Positions 38,330 to 51,011 of a DNA stretch of 64,000 nucleotides are shown here, in pieces. Position 1 is the first letter of the stretch. Each line of letters begins with the position of its first letter. The notes under the pieces were generated by a model, which saw nothing but the letters and a program-made list of their open reading frames with translations, was not told where the DNA came from and did not search any database. A program made the position numbers and the translations under genes. Source of the stretch: Eledone cirrhosa (lineage: Eukaryota); assembly GCA_964016885.1 (NCBI GenBank), contig OZ024740.1:72478001-72542000 (forward strand), given 5' to 3'.

Positions 38330-38575
38330 TCATTAGGCTGGTACTTATCACAGTTTCCGTGGTGATAAGCAACTAAGTATACAAGATGGACGCCAGTCCA
38401 TTTAAGAGTTAAACCCCCAGCTACTGCTGGTATTCGTTTTCAGCTGAATATACTGGAGCACATGAAATGAAATGTTTTGCTCAAGAACGCAACACACTAC
38501 TCAGTCCAGGAATCAAAGCCATGACATTATGATTGTAAGCCCAACACCCTTACCACTAGGTCACACGCTTCCACT
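38330..38575 (-). mobile_element. Diverged tRNA/CORE-like SINE
   Basis: CAGCTGAATATACTGGAGCAC...TGCTCAAG...ACCACTAGGTCAC resembles the reverse complement of the family A head. Confidence 0.6.
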
Positions 38576-38729
38576 TAGCTGTTTTATTATTCACTAATTT
38601 TGTCTTTGTGGGTGTGTTGGTATCTAATAGTACTTGGATCACCATTTAGTTATTCAGATTAGAAATAAGATGAGAGAGCTTACAACCTATACTAATCAGA
38701 AGATCAAACTTTTAAGATTAGGTATCAGA

Positions 38730-39625
38730 ATCATCATCATCATCATCATCACCGTTTTACGTCCATTCTTCCATGCTAGCATGGGTTAGACGGGTTGTCC
38801 TGTTGTGGGCAGTGTCTGGTCGGCTGACCATGCCTTGCCCATACAGAAAATGATTTTGGCTTGATTTCTACAGCTGGATGCCCTTCCTAACACCAACCTC
38901 ATTTACAGTGTGTGCTGGGTGCTTTTTTCCGTGGTGCCTACACATCCACTTTACAGTGTGGGCTGGGTGCTTTTTTGCCGTGGCACCTCCACGACCACTT
39001 TGCAGTGGGAGGGTATGGGGGTATATCGTCTATATGCTTCAGCTTGTACCCATGGGAGGTCGGATACTCTGTATTACTGCGTGACACCAGAGGTCACGGT
39101 CGTGTGTCATCGCCTTTGAGAGGTGCAACTGGGTAAGGTCAGCCCCTATCACCTCATCCCAGGTCTTCTTGGGTCTCCCCACTCCGCGGCTTCCATTGAC
39201 TTCTAGTGCTCTGCACCTTTTTATGCAGCTGTCATTCTTCATACGCATCACATGTCCATACCAACGCATCCGCCTCTCCTGCACACAGCATTTGATTCCT
39301 CTAATATTCAGTCTCTCTCTCAATTCATTTATGCTTTGCCGTTCGCGTATATTACTATTCGTTTCTTTCTAATCTACGTAAGTCTTCCACCTACAGCGCC
39401 CATGTCTCACTACCATGTAACATTGCTGTTTGGATACACGCATCATACAGTCTGCCTTTCATTTTGAGGGAGAAGCCTTTTGCAGCTAGCAGTGGCAGTA
39501 GTTCCCTGAACTTCTTCCATCCCGTTCTTACCCTAGTTATTGTACTTTCTGAACACCCACCTCCGCTGCTAATTCGGTCACCTAGGTAGCAGAAGCTGTC
39601 TACTGTTTCTACAGAGCCCTCCCAG
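38730..39625 (-). mobile_element. 5'-truncated RTE LINE (LINE-d, related to LINE-a)
   Basis: Remnants FCYLGDRISSGGGC, MLHGSETWAL, RWYGHVMRM, GRPKKTW; (ATG)n tail. Confidence 0.88.
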
Positions 39626-39719
39626 AGATAAAATATCAGTAACACTTTCCCTGCCATATTTCTAATGAAAGACACTGCTGACAGGTTTTAAATAATATTG
39701 AAAATAAAGAATACAATTT

Positions 39720-40090
39720 CAAATACAAGCATCAGAAATGGAGTTCCTCTGAAGGTTCTTAGGAGTAATGTTACTTGATAGACTGCGTAGCTCAAAGATC
39801 AGACAGTCACTCCAGGTAGAGCCACTACTTCTCTGAATAGAGAGATCACAGCTCTAATACTAAGGGCATGTGGTTAGAATGTCCCAGGAAAGAATTGCTG
39901 GAAAGATTTTTCAGGCAAAACCAACCAGCAAGAAACGCAGGGGTAGACAACAAGCAAGATGGTTCGATAACATTCATGAGCTAGGCTGGATCAATTGGAG
40001 ACAGTTGCTTCTGAAAGGACCCACTGGAAGGAGTGTTTGAGGACTCTGCCCCCATGACCCCTTAGGAATAAGTAGGTGAAGAAAAAGAAT
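39720..40090 (+). mobile_element. Degenerate RTE-like LINE 3' fragment
   Basis: IQASEMEFL..., GHVVRMSQER..., GR..RW remnants; similar to 28448-28640. Confidence 0.65.
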
Positions 40091-40809
40091 AATCTAGAGG
40101 TAATGTAAAGTAAAAAATCTTAGTAATTTAACTAACTTAAAATACCCAAGAAACCTCTGAAATATAATCTTGTAGGAGGCAAACTAAACCTACATAGGTG
40201 TGAACTGTAAATATTCATATTTTTTAAACCTTGCAATACTATTAATAAAAAAGTGATTTTCAAATAATTTCGAAAAATATTAATTTGGACTGATTTAGTA
40301 ATATGATTAACTCAGTTTTTTTCTGGTGTTTACTTCACAAAGATTCTTACATAGAATTATGATGGGAGGTTTTTTTTTTTTTTTTTTAGATAAATGTAAA
40401 CTCTTGAGAACAAACAGTTTTATATTGTAAGACCTGGATGGGGGTGGTTCCAGGCAGTTTGGTATGAAAAGAGTAAAAACAGGAAGTGTACATATTCTTG
40501 CTTTTATTTTGCCTCTGAGAGACATTCAGATAAGCTCAGCACTTTTATTCATAAAAGGAATAGCTAGCATCTGAACAAGGAATATATTTAGATAAATATA
40601 TAAACTGGTAATTGTTTTTACATCCTTGTTACAGTTTTCTTTGCTCTAAACAGTGGCTTATTAGTTCAAAACCCATCAATAGTACAAGTGAAATAACAGA
40701 CACACAGTTACAGGAATAATTCTATCACACTAATACTTTAATATCTTAAAACTGTTAAGAAAACAATACACACATGCACACACACGCGCGTGCACACGCA
40801 CGCGCACGC

Positions 40810-40841
<32 letters not shown>

Positions 40842-41849
40842 GCACAGTGACACAGACAAACATACTGACACACACATACAATCACGCTCACAGACATACA
40901 CAATCATAATCACACACTCACAATCACACTCAAATACACAGAGTAAAATAGGAAGTAACAGAATTAATTAATGCTTTAACAACTGCAACTGTATTTTATC
41001 AGATAAAATGTTCTTAGTACGCTCTGTAAATTGGTAGTGCTGGTGCCATGATAGAATGCACGCAGTACACTCTGTAAAATGGCTGATGCCTCCTCAGCCA
41101 GATGGACACTGAGCATCTGAGTGTTGTAATGAGGTAGTTCTGTAAGGTAGTAGGGCTGGTGCCATGACAAGGGCACCCAGTCCACCTTGTAAGGTGGTAG
41201 TGCTAGTGCCATAATAAAAACACTGGCCACCATGTAACTGGGTACTGGCAGTCACTACTGAAGCAGGGCTAGTGACTTCTTGGACAGGTCAGGGTTTGCA
41301 TCTCACTAACATACGGTTCTACATTCTATCAAGTGCATTTTATCGTGGCACCAGCACTAGAGAGGTTGTCTTGTCCTTGACACAACTGGAGGGTGATTGT
41401 GGTGATTTGGCAGTGATGAAGGCCATAGAAAGCTTGCCAAATAATGGGCTGGGCGAACTCCTCAGTCATGTCAAAGACATGACAGCCTCCTTTGTGTTAG
41501 TGATCTACACAATAAACACACCCAGTACATGCTGTTAAGTGGTTGGTGATAGGAAGGGCATCCTGCCATAGAAAGCTTGCCAAACCTTTTGTTGTCAACA
41601 GAGGTAGTATTCTCTTACACATCTTCCATCCTATCCTTAATCTAGCTACCATGCTCTGGGAGCACCTTCCTCCTCTGCTAATTAAATCACCTAGATAGCA
41701 GAAGCTATCAACCTCTTCTATGGATCCTTCCTAGAAAAGATTTATATCATTCTTGCTGCTACTATCAATTAACCCTGAACATTTACATACAAAGTCTTCC
41801 CTTCCTGTTAGTCTATCTGTTATCCCACATGTTTACATTGTGTACATTG

Positions 41850-42535
41850 CAACAAAGGTGTGCCAAAAGGAGTCACCACGGAATTAGCACAACCGCTGTT
41901 TGGCGTACTTGCGCAGCGTGTTCATACTGCGGTATAGGTGTAACAAAAGGGGTCTTAGTAGAAGTAGAACAGACGTCGGTTTTACGGTGTCAATAACACG
42001 TCAACATACGCAGGGCCCGGATTTGCGTGATGAAAGCATAAAGCGTCAACAGGGCGCTGACAAAGGTTGTAAGGTCCTTCTCATTGCCTCAATCCCCTGA
42101 AAATGGTCCTGCTTATAAAAGTAAGTGTTGTGTCCTCTGTTAAATAAACTAAATTTTTAACGAAATAGTATATGCTACTTACGATGTTTAAGTAGCGTTT
42201 ATATTGAAAATGAAAATGGCCTGTAATGCCCATTGCTAATTCATAAATTTCCTAGAAACCATTAATAGAATCAGAACTGTTTTTGTCCACAACAATGCGA
42301 GGGAACTAACTGTGTGCTGCAAATTTCGAGGAAATCGGCTGGATTATCTTTAAGTTACGCCTCAAAAATGCCTAAAAAGTGCTTTTTTTACACCTAATGT
42401 GGGCCCTAGAGAAGAAAAAGTCAATTGCACTTCAAGAAGTATAAGTAACGCATGTGTAAAGTTTGAAAAAAATCAATCAGGTACTTCGAGTTTTAGGGAT
42501 TTACACAGACAGACACCCTCTGTTTTATATATAAC
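41850..42535 (-). mobile_element. Possible second Helitron-like non-autonomous element (partial)
   Basis: The minus strand begins TATATAAAACAGAGGGTGTCTGTCTGT, like the 33871 head; CpG-rich interior; no clear CTAG end seen. Confidence 0.45.
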
Positions 42536-42581
42536 AAGTATAATATATATATATATATAAAAGAAAATTTCACTCTACATA

Positions 42582-42726
42582 GCTGGTACTTTATTTTATC
42601 GACCTCGTAAGGATGAAAGGCAAAGTTAACCTCAGAGGGATTTGAACTCAGACCATAAAGGGCCGTGACTCTATGCTGCAAAGCATGGCGTCCGACCCTC
42701 TACCGATACTGCCAATCCACCGCCCT
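42582..42726 (-). mobile_element. SINE family B, tail-less, inside a palindromic MITE
   Basis: Reverse complement of 11104-11245. Confidence 0.85.
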
Positions 42727-42859
42727 TTCGAATACTAATAACAACATTCGATTTGTTTGCAATTATGCAAACAAATCGAATGTTGTTATTAATATTCGAA
42801 AAACTCAGATTACATTTATTATATTTATATATGTGTGTGTGTGTACACACACACACACA

Positions 42860-43194
42860 CATGGCTTAGTGGTTAGAGCATTGGCCTTGCAATCGAAAGG
42901 TTGTGAGTTCAATTCTCAGACTGGGTGATGTGTTGTTTCCTTGAGCAAGGCACTTTATTTCACATTGCTCCATTTTACTCAGCTGTAGAAATGAGATGAT
43001 AGGGACTGGGGTCCCTATCATTCCACTGCAAAGTGGTCGTGGAGGTGCCACGGCAAAAAAGCACCCAGCACTCACTGTAAATGAGGTTGGTATTAGGAAG
43101 GGCATCCAGCTGTAGAAATGAAGCCAGCATCAGTTCCCGTCCCACTCTTGCAAGCAGGGAAAAGTGGACGTATGATGATGATGATGATGATGAT

Positions 43195-43197
<3 letters not shown>
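42860..43197 (+). mobile_element. SINE family A
   Basis: Near-identical to 5800-6130; flanked by (CA)n and (GT)n. Confidence 0.9.
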
Positions 43198-43243
<46 letters not shown>

Positions 43244-43253
43244 TGTATATGTG

Positions 43254-43295
<42 letters not shown>

Positions 43296-43315
43296 TATAT
43301 ATATATACATGTGTG

Positions 43316-43368
<53 letters not shown>

Positions 43369-44392
43369 AGAATGGCATAACCACAGTGCCAAGTGGGATT
43401 ATACCTAACTCTTAGGATCTCCCCCATGCCTTGAGTATTCCCCTGATATATAGTCTCTTCAGTCTCAGCTTGGCAGACTCTGTCTCCCTTCCTTAATAGT
43501 AAAGGACCTGATGGTGCTGAGACTAAACTACTATTACAAGATAGATTGTTAAACAAGTTGTTACTGGCAACTAATACATGAGGGGCAGCCACTAATCATT
43601 CTTGGAAAAATATCAAACTCTCTCTCTGTTTCACTCTCTGTGTCTGTCTGTCTGTCTCTCTCTCTATCTCTCTATCTCTCTCTCTCTCAATCTCTGCTTG
43701 GTATATAGTATAAGGAGGAGGAGAAGAGGGGGTAACAGAAAACATGGTAGAAGTCACCATCACAACCACTATCACTACCACCAACACCACTACAACCTCC
43801 ACCACACTATCATCCACAATCACTACCCCACCTTCCCACTGACAGTACCAATCTGTCAATGAGCACTCATGTTTTTGCTGTGTGTGTCTGGAGATTAATT
43901 GGAGAGTGAAATATTTGACCTTAACAACATTCAGGAAATACCTCTGTGGTTGTAGTGGTGGTAAACGTGTTGATGATGGTGCTGATGATGGAAGTGGTGC
44001 TGGTAGATAGTTTAGAGGGAGGGAAAGGAGGGTGTGGGTGAAATGTGTGAGGGATGAGAAGAAAAAAAGAAGGAAAGAGATAGATGAAAAGAGGAGGGAG
44101 GGGTAAGAGAGAAGAAAAGGGGGTAAAAATGGAGGCTGAGGTGGATGAGGAGTGTTGACTATGAAAAAGAGAGGCAATTCTTTCTTTGGTAATTAAAGTC
44201 CCTAATGATAATCAGAGAAATGTTTACATCTCAATTATGTCATGTTAAGTAGAATACTATAAAAAAAAATCTACACACCAAACACTATGTAATGAGATTT
44301 AGAGTAACACTTAAAAGGCAATAAAATTACTAATTTTACTAACCAAGTATTGAGCATTCCTTTAGAATAGAATGTTTAGCAGCATAATAAAG

Positions 44393-44423
<31 letters not shown>

Positions 44424-44589
44424 GAGAGAGAGAGGTTAACTCTTTTGATAACAGCCTGGCCAAAACCAGCTCTGGTTCTATGAAACAAACCCACTCAATT
44501 AAGAGTACTGATTTAGCCCTTCTGTTACCATATTTCTTATATAAAAAAATTAAATCTACAGCTAACCACTATGCAGATTTAGCTGGCCT

Positions 44590-45840
44590 CATCATCATCA
44601 TCATCATCATCGTTTAATGTCCATTTTCCACGTTAGCATGGATCTGGACGGGAATTGTCCCACTTGAGGCAAGATTGGTTGTCTTGCTCAGGACTGTCTG
44701 CTGGGTTTTCTACGGCTGGATGCCCTTCCTAACACCAACCACATTTACAGTGTGGACTGGGAGGTTTTTACCGTGTTACCTAAACGGCCACATTACAGTG
44801 TGGACTGTGTGTTTTTTTTGTCGTGACACCTAGACGACCTCATTTATTTACGACTGGATGTTGTGGTACCAACATAGCTTTACATCAAAAGGGGTGGTGG
44901 GGGTAGGGTTAGTGGGACGGGGTGTGTATTTTGGTTAAGAGGTGCCTACTGACTGTAGGTTTCGCTTTGTACTTAGGCAAGGCGGGTCTTCTGTATTACT
45001 ACGTAGTGCCAAAGATCTCGGTCCAGTGACATTGTCTTGGAGAGGTGTGTGTGAGGTCGAATTTTATCAAGTCATCCCAGGTTTTTCTGGGTCTGCCTAC
45101 TCCGTAGCTACCGCCTATTTTGATCGCCCTGCACTTTTTTATACAGATGTCATCTTTCATGCGCATCACGTGACCACACCAACGTAGCCTTCTCTCGAGT
45201 AAACAGCATCTGATCCCTCTTATTCCTAATTTCTCATTTAGTTCATTTATGCTTTGCCGTTCACGTATATTACTATTACACATCCAGCGGAGCATGCAAG
45301 CTTCGTTCCTCTCCAGTCTGCATAGATCCTCTGCACACAAGGCCCAGGTCTCACTGCCATGCAACATTGCTGTTCGTATGCAGTCTTCATACAGCCTGCC
45401 TTTCATTTTTAATGAGAACCCTTTAGCGGCCAATAGTGGTATAAGCTCTCTGAACTTTTACCATCCCGTTCTGACTCTAGCTACTGTACTTTCAGAGCAC
45501 CCTCCACCACTGCTGATTTTGTCACCCAGGTAACGGAAGGTGTCCACTATTTCTATAGAACCATCTGTGCAATGGAATGAGCTAGTATCCTGTGGGCACT
45601 TTGCTACTACTTTATTGCACCTGAGCACCGGCCATATATACATCTATATTCTTAGTTAGCTTACCTGTGATCCCACTACATCTTTTATGCACCCATACTT
45701 TGCATTTGGGACATAAAATGGAGTTTCTGCCTACTCCTTTCCTACACACTGAGCATGGCCATTTCCCAGATGGGACCAGTGCCCTATTCTCCTTCCTACA
45801 TATTAGGACTTTAGTCTTAGACAAGTTAACTTTAAGGTTT
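44590..45840 (-). mobile_element. 5'-truncated, decayed copy of the LINE-a family
   Basis: Similar to 1519-2765; ORF remnants 44999-45433, 45458-45643, 45612-45824. Confidence 0.9.
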
Positions 45841-46606
45841 CATGTGAGGTTTTATCTCATAGGAAGTTTCTAGGGTGTTTTAATAAGTACCCCAGTACTA
45901 TAATGAAAAATAACATGAAATGAAGCACATGCTGCCTAAGACAAGAATTGAACCCATCACTTTAAGATAAGTCCAACACACTAGACTATGCACCTTCATA
46001 TTCTTAAGTCACTGTTTATGATTTTCAAATAATTTTGAAAATAATCAAGAATTTGGAGAGGTTTAGAATATAAAGAACTTTCTCATTATTAAAGTGGTGT
46101 TTGAATATCTTAAGGGTTCTTAGATGAAATTATGATGGTAAGTTTAAACAGTATATTTTCAATAAGAGAAAGTTTGTTAATCCATTGACTGTGAATATAG
46201 TGTTGAAGTTGAGTAACATAGAAACATATATCACCACCACCACCATTGCCAACACCGCCATCGTTGTCATCACCGCCGTCATCGCCGTCACCACCACAGC
46301 CACCATCATCGCCACCACCCCACCATCATCACCGCCAATAGTCAGTTCTATGTTCGCGTCCCATGCTGGCATGGATTAGACAGGTCACATCCTAAGACTA
46401 GACAGGTCAGATGACCACGTTTTGCTCAAACATTCCAGTTTGACAGGGTTTCTATGGCTGGATGCTCTTCCTAATGACAACCACTTTACAGAGTGTATTG
46501 GGTGCATTTTATATTGGTTCCAGCACCACTACTTGCTGCATCCAATGGGTGCATTCTATGTATTAACACTAGGTTGATTGAATACTTGTATACATGTGTG
46601 TGTGTG

Positions 46607-46643
<37 letters not shown>

Positions 46644-46647
<4 letters not shown>

Positions 46648-46977
46648 AGGCACATGGCTTAGTGGTTAGAGCATTGGCCTTGCAATCGAAAGGTGAGTTC
46701 AATTCTCAGACCGGGTGATGTGTTGTTTCCTTGAGCAAGACACTTTATTTCACATTGCTCCAGTTTAATCAGCTGTGGAAATGAGATGATAGGGACTGGG
46801 GTCCCTATCATTCCACTGCAAAGTGGTCGTGGAGGTGCCACGGCCAAAAAGCACTCGGCACTCACTGTAAATGAGGTTGGTGTTAGGAAGGGCATCCAGC
46901 TGGAGAAATCAAGCCAGAATCAGTTCCCGTCCCACCCCTGCAAGCAGGGAAAAAGCGGACGTAAAATGAAATGATGA
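46644..46977 (+). mobile_element. SINE family A
   Basis: Near-identical to 5795-6130; inserted in a (TA)n run. Confidence 0.92.
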
Positions 46978-47040
46978 TATATGCAAATACATGCACAAAG
47001 GCCATTTTTCATTAAGGAATATACTCACATACAAACACAC

Positions 47041-47094
<54 letters not shown>

Positions 47095-47517
47095 TCATAC
47101 ATACATACATACACACATATATATATATATATGTGAGTGTATATTCCTTAATGCAAAATGGCCTTTGTGCATGTGTACACTCACATATACACATATACAG
47201 CTTCTGACCTCTCAACTGGGCTGAGGGTTTGCATCTCACTCACATACATTCCTACACTCTATTGAGTGCACCAGGTGCATTTTATATCAGCAGCACCAGA
47301 GAGGTTGTCATGTCTTTGAGACCACTGAAGAATCCTCCCGACCCATTGTTTGGTAAATTTTCTGTGGCTGGATACCCTTCCTATCACCAACCACTATAGT
47401 GTTTTGTGTGTATTGTGTAGATCACCAACATTAGCAGGATTGTCATGCCATGACTGGCAGCTTAAAAGTGTGGGGGTGGCTAGGGATAGGGTGTGTGTGT
47501 ACGTGTATATACTAAAT

Positions 47518-47862
47518 AGGGTAAGGGTAAAGACCCTCTTCAGTCATGAATGATCATGGGATATGCAATTAGAAAGTTCCTCCTCCGAGGCACATGTCCC
47601 AGCAAGGCAGTTTGTGGAAGACCAATCATTGCCCATGCATACCAGTCTCTCCTCTTCACATCACTCTTGTCCAAAGAAATGGCAAAGGTCGATACAGCTT
47701 GGCACCAGTGATGTCACAACTCAATTCTACAGCTCAGTGAAGTGGAACAGTGTGAAATAAAGTGACTTGGTGAAGAACATAACACACCATCCGGTCTGAG
47801 AATCGAACTCACAGCCTCATGATTATAAGCCCAACACTCTAACCACTAAGCTATGCACCTTC
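47518..47862 (-). mobile_element. CORE-like SINE family C (same head type, different 3' body)
   Basis: Head ACCACTAAGC and AATAAAGTG...; body TACAGCTTGGCACCAGTGA and GTGGAAGACCA shared with 58690-58978. Confidence 0.75.
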
Positions 47863-47974
47863 ATATGTTAAATATAAACTAATGATTTTTAGATTTTTCA
47901 TATTTTTCAAACTAGAAAATACTAACTTTTGCTTGTATGTTGTATTTAATGTGATGTTTTTTGTTTAATCTCAG

Positions 47975-48058
47975 GAGCTGACTTCATGTGCATGGACCAC
48001 AAAAGAGAAGTTGATCAAAGCCCCCAATGTTGTAGCTTTTACTCGCAGATTCAATCAT
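47975..48058 (+). CDS. RALGPS: RalGPS exon ([28 protein letters not shown])
   Basis: CAG/GTAAGT, 84 nt, [15 protein letters not shown]25 motif. Confidence 0.95.
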
Positions 48059-48327
48059 GTAAGTCTTGTTTGGTAGTCATTGATGGTTTACTGACACATA
48101 CATGGGCACACATGAACACATGCATACACATACTCTCTGTAACATATGCAGACACAGGCACACAGATACACGCACATGCACACTCATACGCACGCACACT
48201 CATATGCACACACTCATACGCACACACACATACATTCACAGATGCACACAAACACAGACACCACAGTCTTGTTTATTTCTCACAGTCTGTATGTTCATGT
48301 TCTCTCTCATATCGCCACTCCACTCTC

Positions 48328-49805
48328 CAGTAAATATATTCCACTCACTATTCCACTCTCTACTCTCTTCAGTTAATATATTCCACTCTCTACTCCTCTA
48401 TTCAGGAAATATATTCCACTCTCTACTCTCTTCAGTTAATATATTCCACTCTTTACTCTCTTCAGTTAATATATTCCACTCTCTACTCCTCTATTCAGGA
48501 AATATATTCCACTCTCTACTCTCTTCAGTTAATATATTCCACTCTCTACTCCTCTATTCAGGAAATATATTCCACTCTCTAATCCTCTATTCAGGAAATA
48601 TATTCCACTCTCTACTCTCTTCAGTTAATATATTCCACTCTCTACTCTCTTCAGTTAATATATTCCACTCTCTACTCCTCTATTCAGGAAATATATTCCA
48701 CTCTCTACTCTCTTCAGTTAATATATTCCACTCTCTACTCCTCTATTCAGGAAATATATTCCACTCTCTACTCCTCTATTCAGGAAATATATTCCACTCT
48801 CTAATCCTCTATTCAGGAAATATATTCCACTCTCTAATCCTCTATTCAGGAAATATATTCCACTCTCTACTCTCTTCAGTTAATATATTCCACTCTCTAC
48901 TCCTCTATTCAGGAAATATATTCCACTCTCTACTCCTCTATTCAGGAAATATATTCCACTCTCTACTCCTCTATTCAGGAAATATATTCCACTCTCTACT
49001 CCTCTATTCAGGAAATATATTCCACTCTCTACTCCTCTATTCAGGAAATATATTCCACTCTCTACTCCTCTATTCAGGAAATATATTCCACTCTCTACTC
49101 CTCTATTCAGGAAATATATTCCACTCTCTACTCCTCTATTCAGGAAATATATTCCACTCTCTACTCCTCTATTCAGGAAATATATTCCACTCTCTACTCC
49201 TCTATTCAGGAAATATATTCCACTCTCTACTCCTCTATTCAGGAAATATATTCCACTCTCTACTCCTCTATTCAGGAAATATATTCCACTCTCTACTCCT
49301 CTATTCAGGAAATATATTCCACTCTTTACTTCTCTATTCAGGAAATATATTCCACTCTCTACTCCTCTATTCAGGAAATATATTCCACTCTCTACTTCTC
49401 TATTCAGGAAATATATTCCACTCTCTACTTCTCTATTCAGGAAATATATTCCACTCTTTACTTCTCTATTCAGGAAATATATTCCACTCTTTACTTCTCT
49501 ATTCAGGAAATATATTCCACTCTTTACTTCTCTATTCAGGAAATATATTCCACTCTCTACTTCTCTATTCAGGAAATATATTCCACTCTTTACTTCTCTA
49601 TTCAGGAAATATATTCCACTCTCTACTTCTCTATTCAGGAAATATATTCCACTCTCTACTTCTCTATTCAGGAAATATATTCCACTCTTTACTTCTCTAT
49701 TCAGGAAATATATTCCACTCTTTACTTCTCTATTCAGGAAATATATTCCACTCTCTACTTCTCTATTCAGGAAATATATTCCACTCTCTATTCCACTATT
49801 CAGCA
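48328..49805. repeat. 33-bp (and 30-bp variant) minisatellite CAGGAAATATATTCCACTCTCTACTCCTCTATT
   Basis: About 45 units. Confidence 0.97.
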
Positions 49806-50146
49806 AATGTGTTCCACCTCTTTCACCATTCCCTATTTTCTAACATTCCTTTGTATATCTCAAGAATTCTTAGAAACATTAAGATTCACATCAATAACAC
49901 ATGTAAAAGATTAGGCTTTTTGTCTATATTTTTATAATATTCTTTGATTAGGTTTTGCTATTTGAAACTTGATAATTATATTTAATCAAAATCAACCTGT
50001 AGTAGCTGACTGGTGAAATTGTCTGCTAAATGCCATATAATTGGATGGTTAATCTGTTTTTTTCTATGAAAGAATGAAATAAATGGTTTGAATATGAATA
50101 GTCTATGAGAAGAAAAGCTATGTTCCTTGTTTTGAATGTTTTACAA

Positions 50147-50670
50147 ATAATAGTTTCTACTTTTGGCACAAGGCCAGCAATTACCCAGTGCATTACTGGT
50201 ACTTTATTTTATCGACCCCCGTAAGGATGAAAGGCAAAGTTAACCTCGGTGGGATTTGAACTCAGATCATAAAGAACCGTAACTCTTTGCTGCAAAGCAT
50301 GGTGTCCGACTCTCTACCGAAACTGCCAATTTTTACAAATAATGATAATAATAATGGTTTCTACTTTTAGGCACAAGGCCAGCAAATTACCCAGTACATT
50401 ACTGGTACTTTATTTTATCGACCCCGTAAGGATGAAAGGCAAAGTTAACCTCGGCGGGATTTGAACTCAGAAGGGCCGTAACTCTATGCGTCAAAGCATG
50501 GCGACCGACTCTCTACCGATACTGCCAATCCACTGCCCTGATAATAATGATAATAATAATGGTTTTTGATTTAGGCACAAAGCCAGCAAGCTTTTTTGGG
50601 GTGGGGGAAGGCAATTAAATTGATCCTGGTGCATTACTGGTACTTTATTTTATCAACCAAATAAGGATGA
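50147..50670 (-). mobile_element. Three head-to-tail SINE B copies
   Basis: GGCACAAGGCCAGCAA...TACTGGTACTTTATTTTATC recurs at ~50165, 50370 and 50575. Confidence 0.85.
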
Positions 50671-51011
50671 TGATTGTGTGTGTGTTTGTGCGTACGTGTG
50701 CATGCGTGCATGCATATTGTGGTGTCCATGGAAATGGACATTACTATCTTATAAGGAGTACTTCGTGGAGAAAGAAATGAGAAGCTTGTAGTTAATATAG
50801 TGTGAAGATATGTATATATTAAGGATGTTTAGAAGTGAAGAGGTAGTATACCTGTAATTGGAGGTAGAGAAGTAGGTATTAATACAGTGTGAAGATATAT
50901 ATATATCTTCTCTCTCTCTCACACACACGTGTATTAAGGGTGTTTTATAGTGAAGGGTGGTCTGCCTGTAATTGAGGTAGAGAAGTAGCTGTATTTTATC
51001 CCAAATGTTTC

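Noticed and set aside
48102-49937. 611-aa and 308-aa repeat proteins
   Set aside because: Artefacts of the 33-bp minisatellite inside a RalGPS intron.
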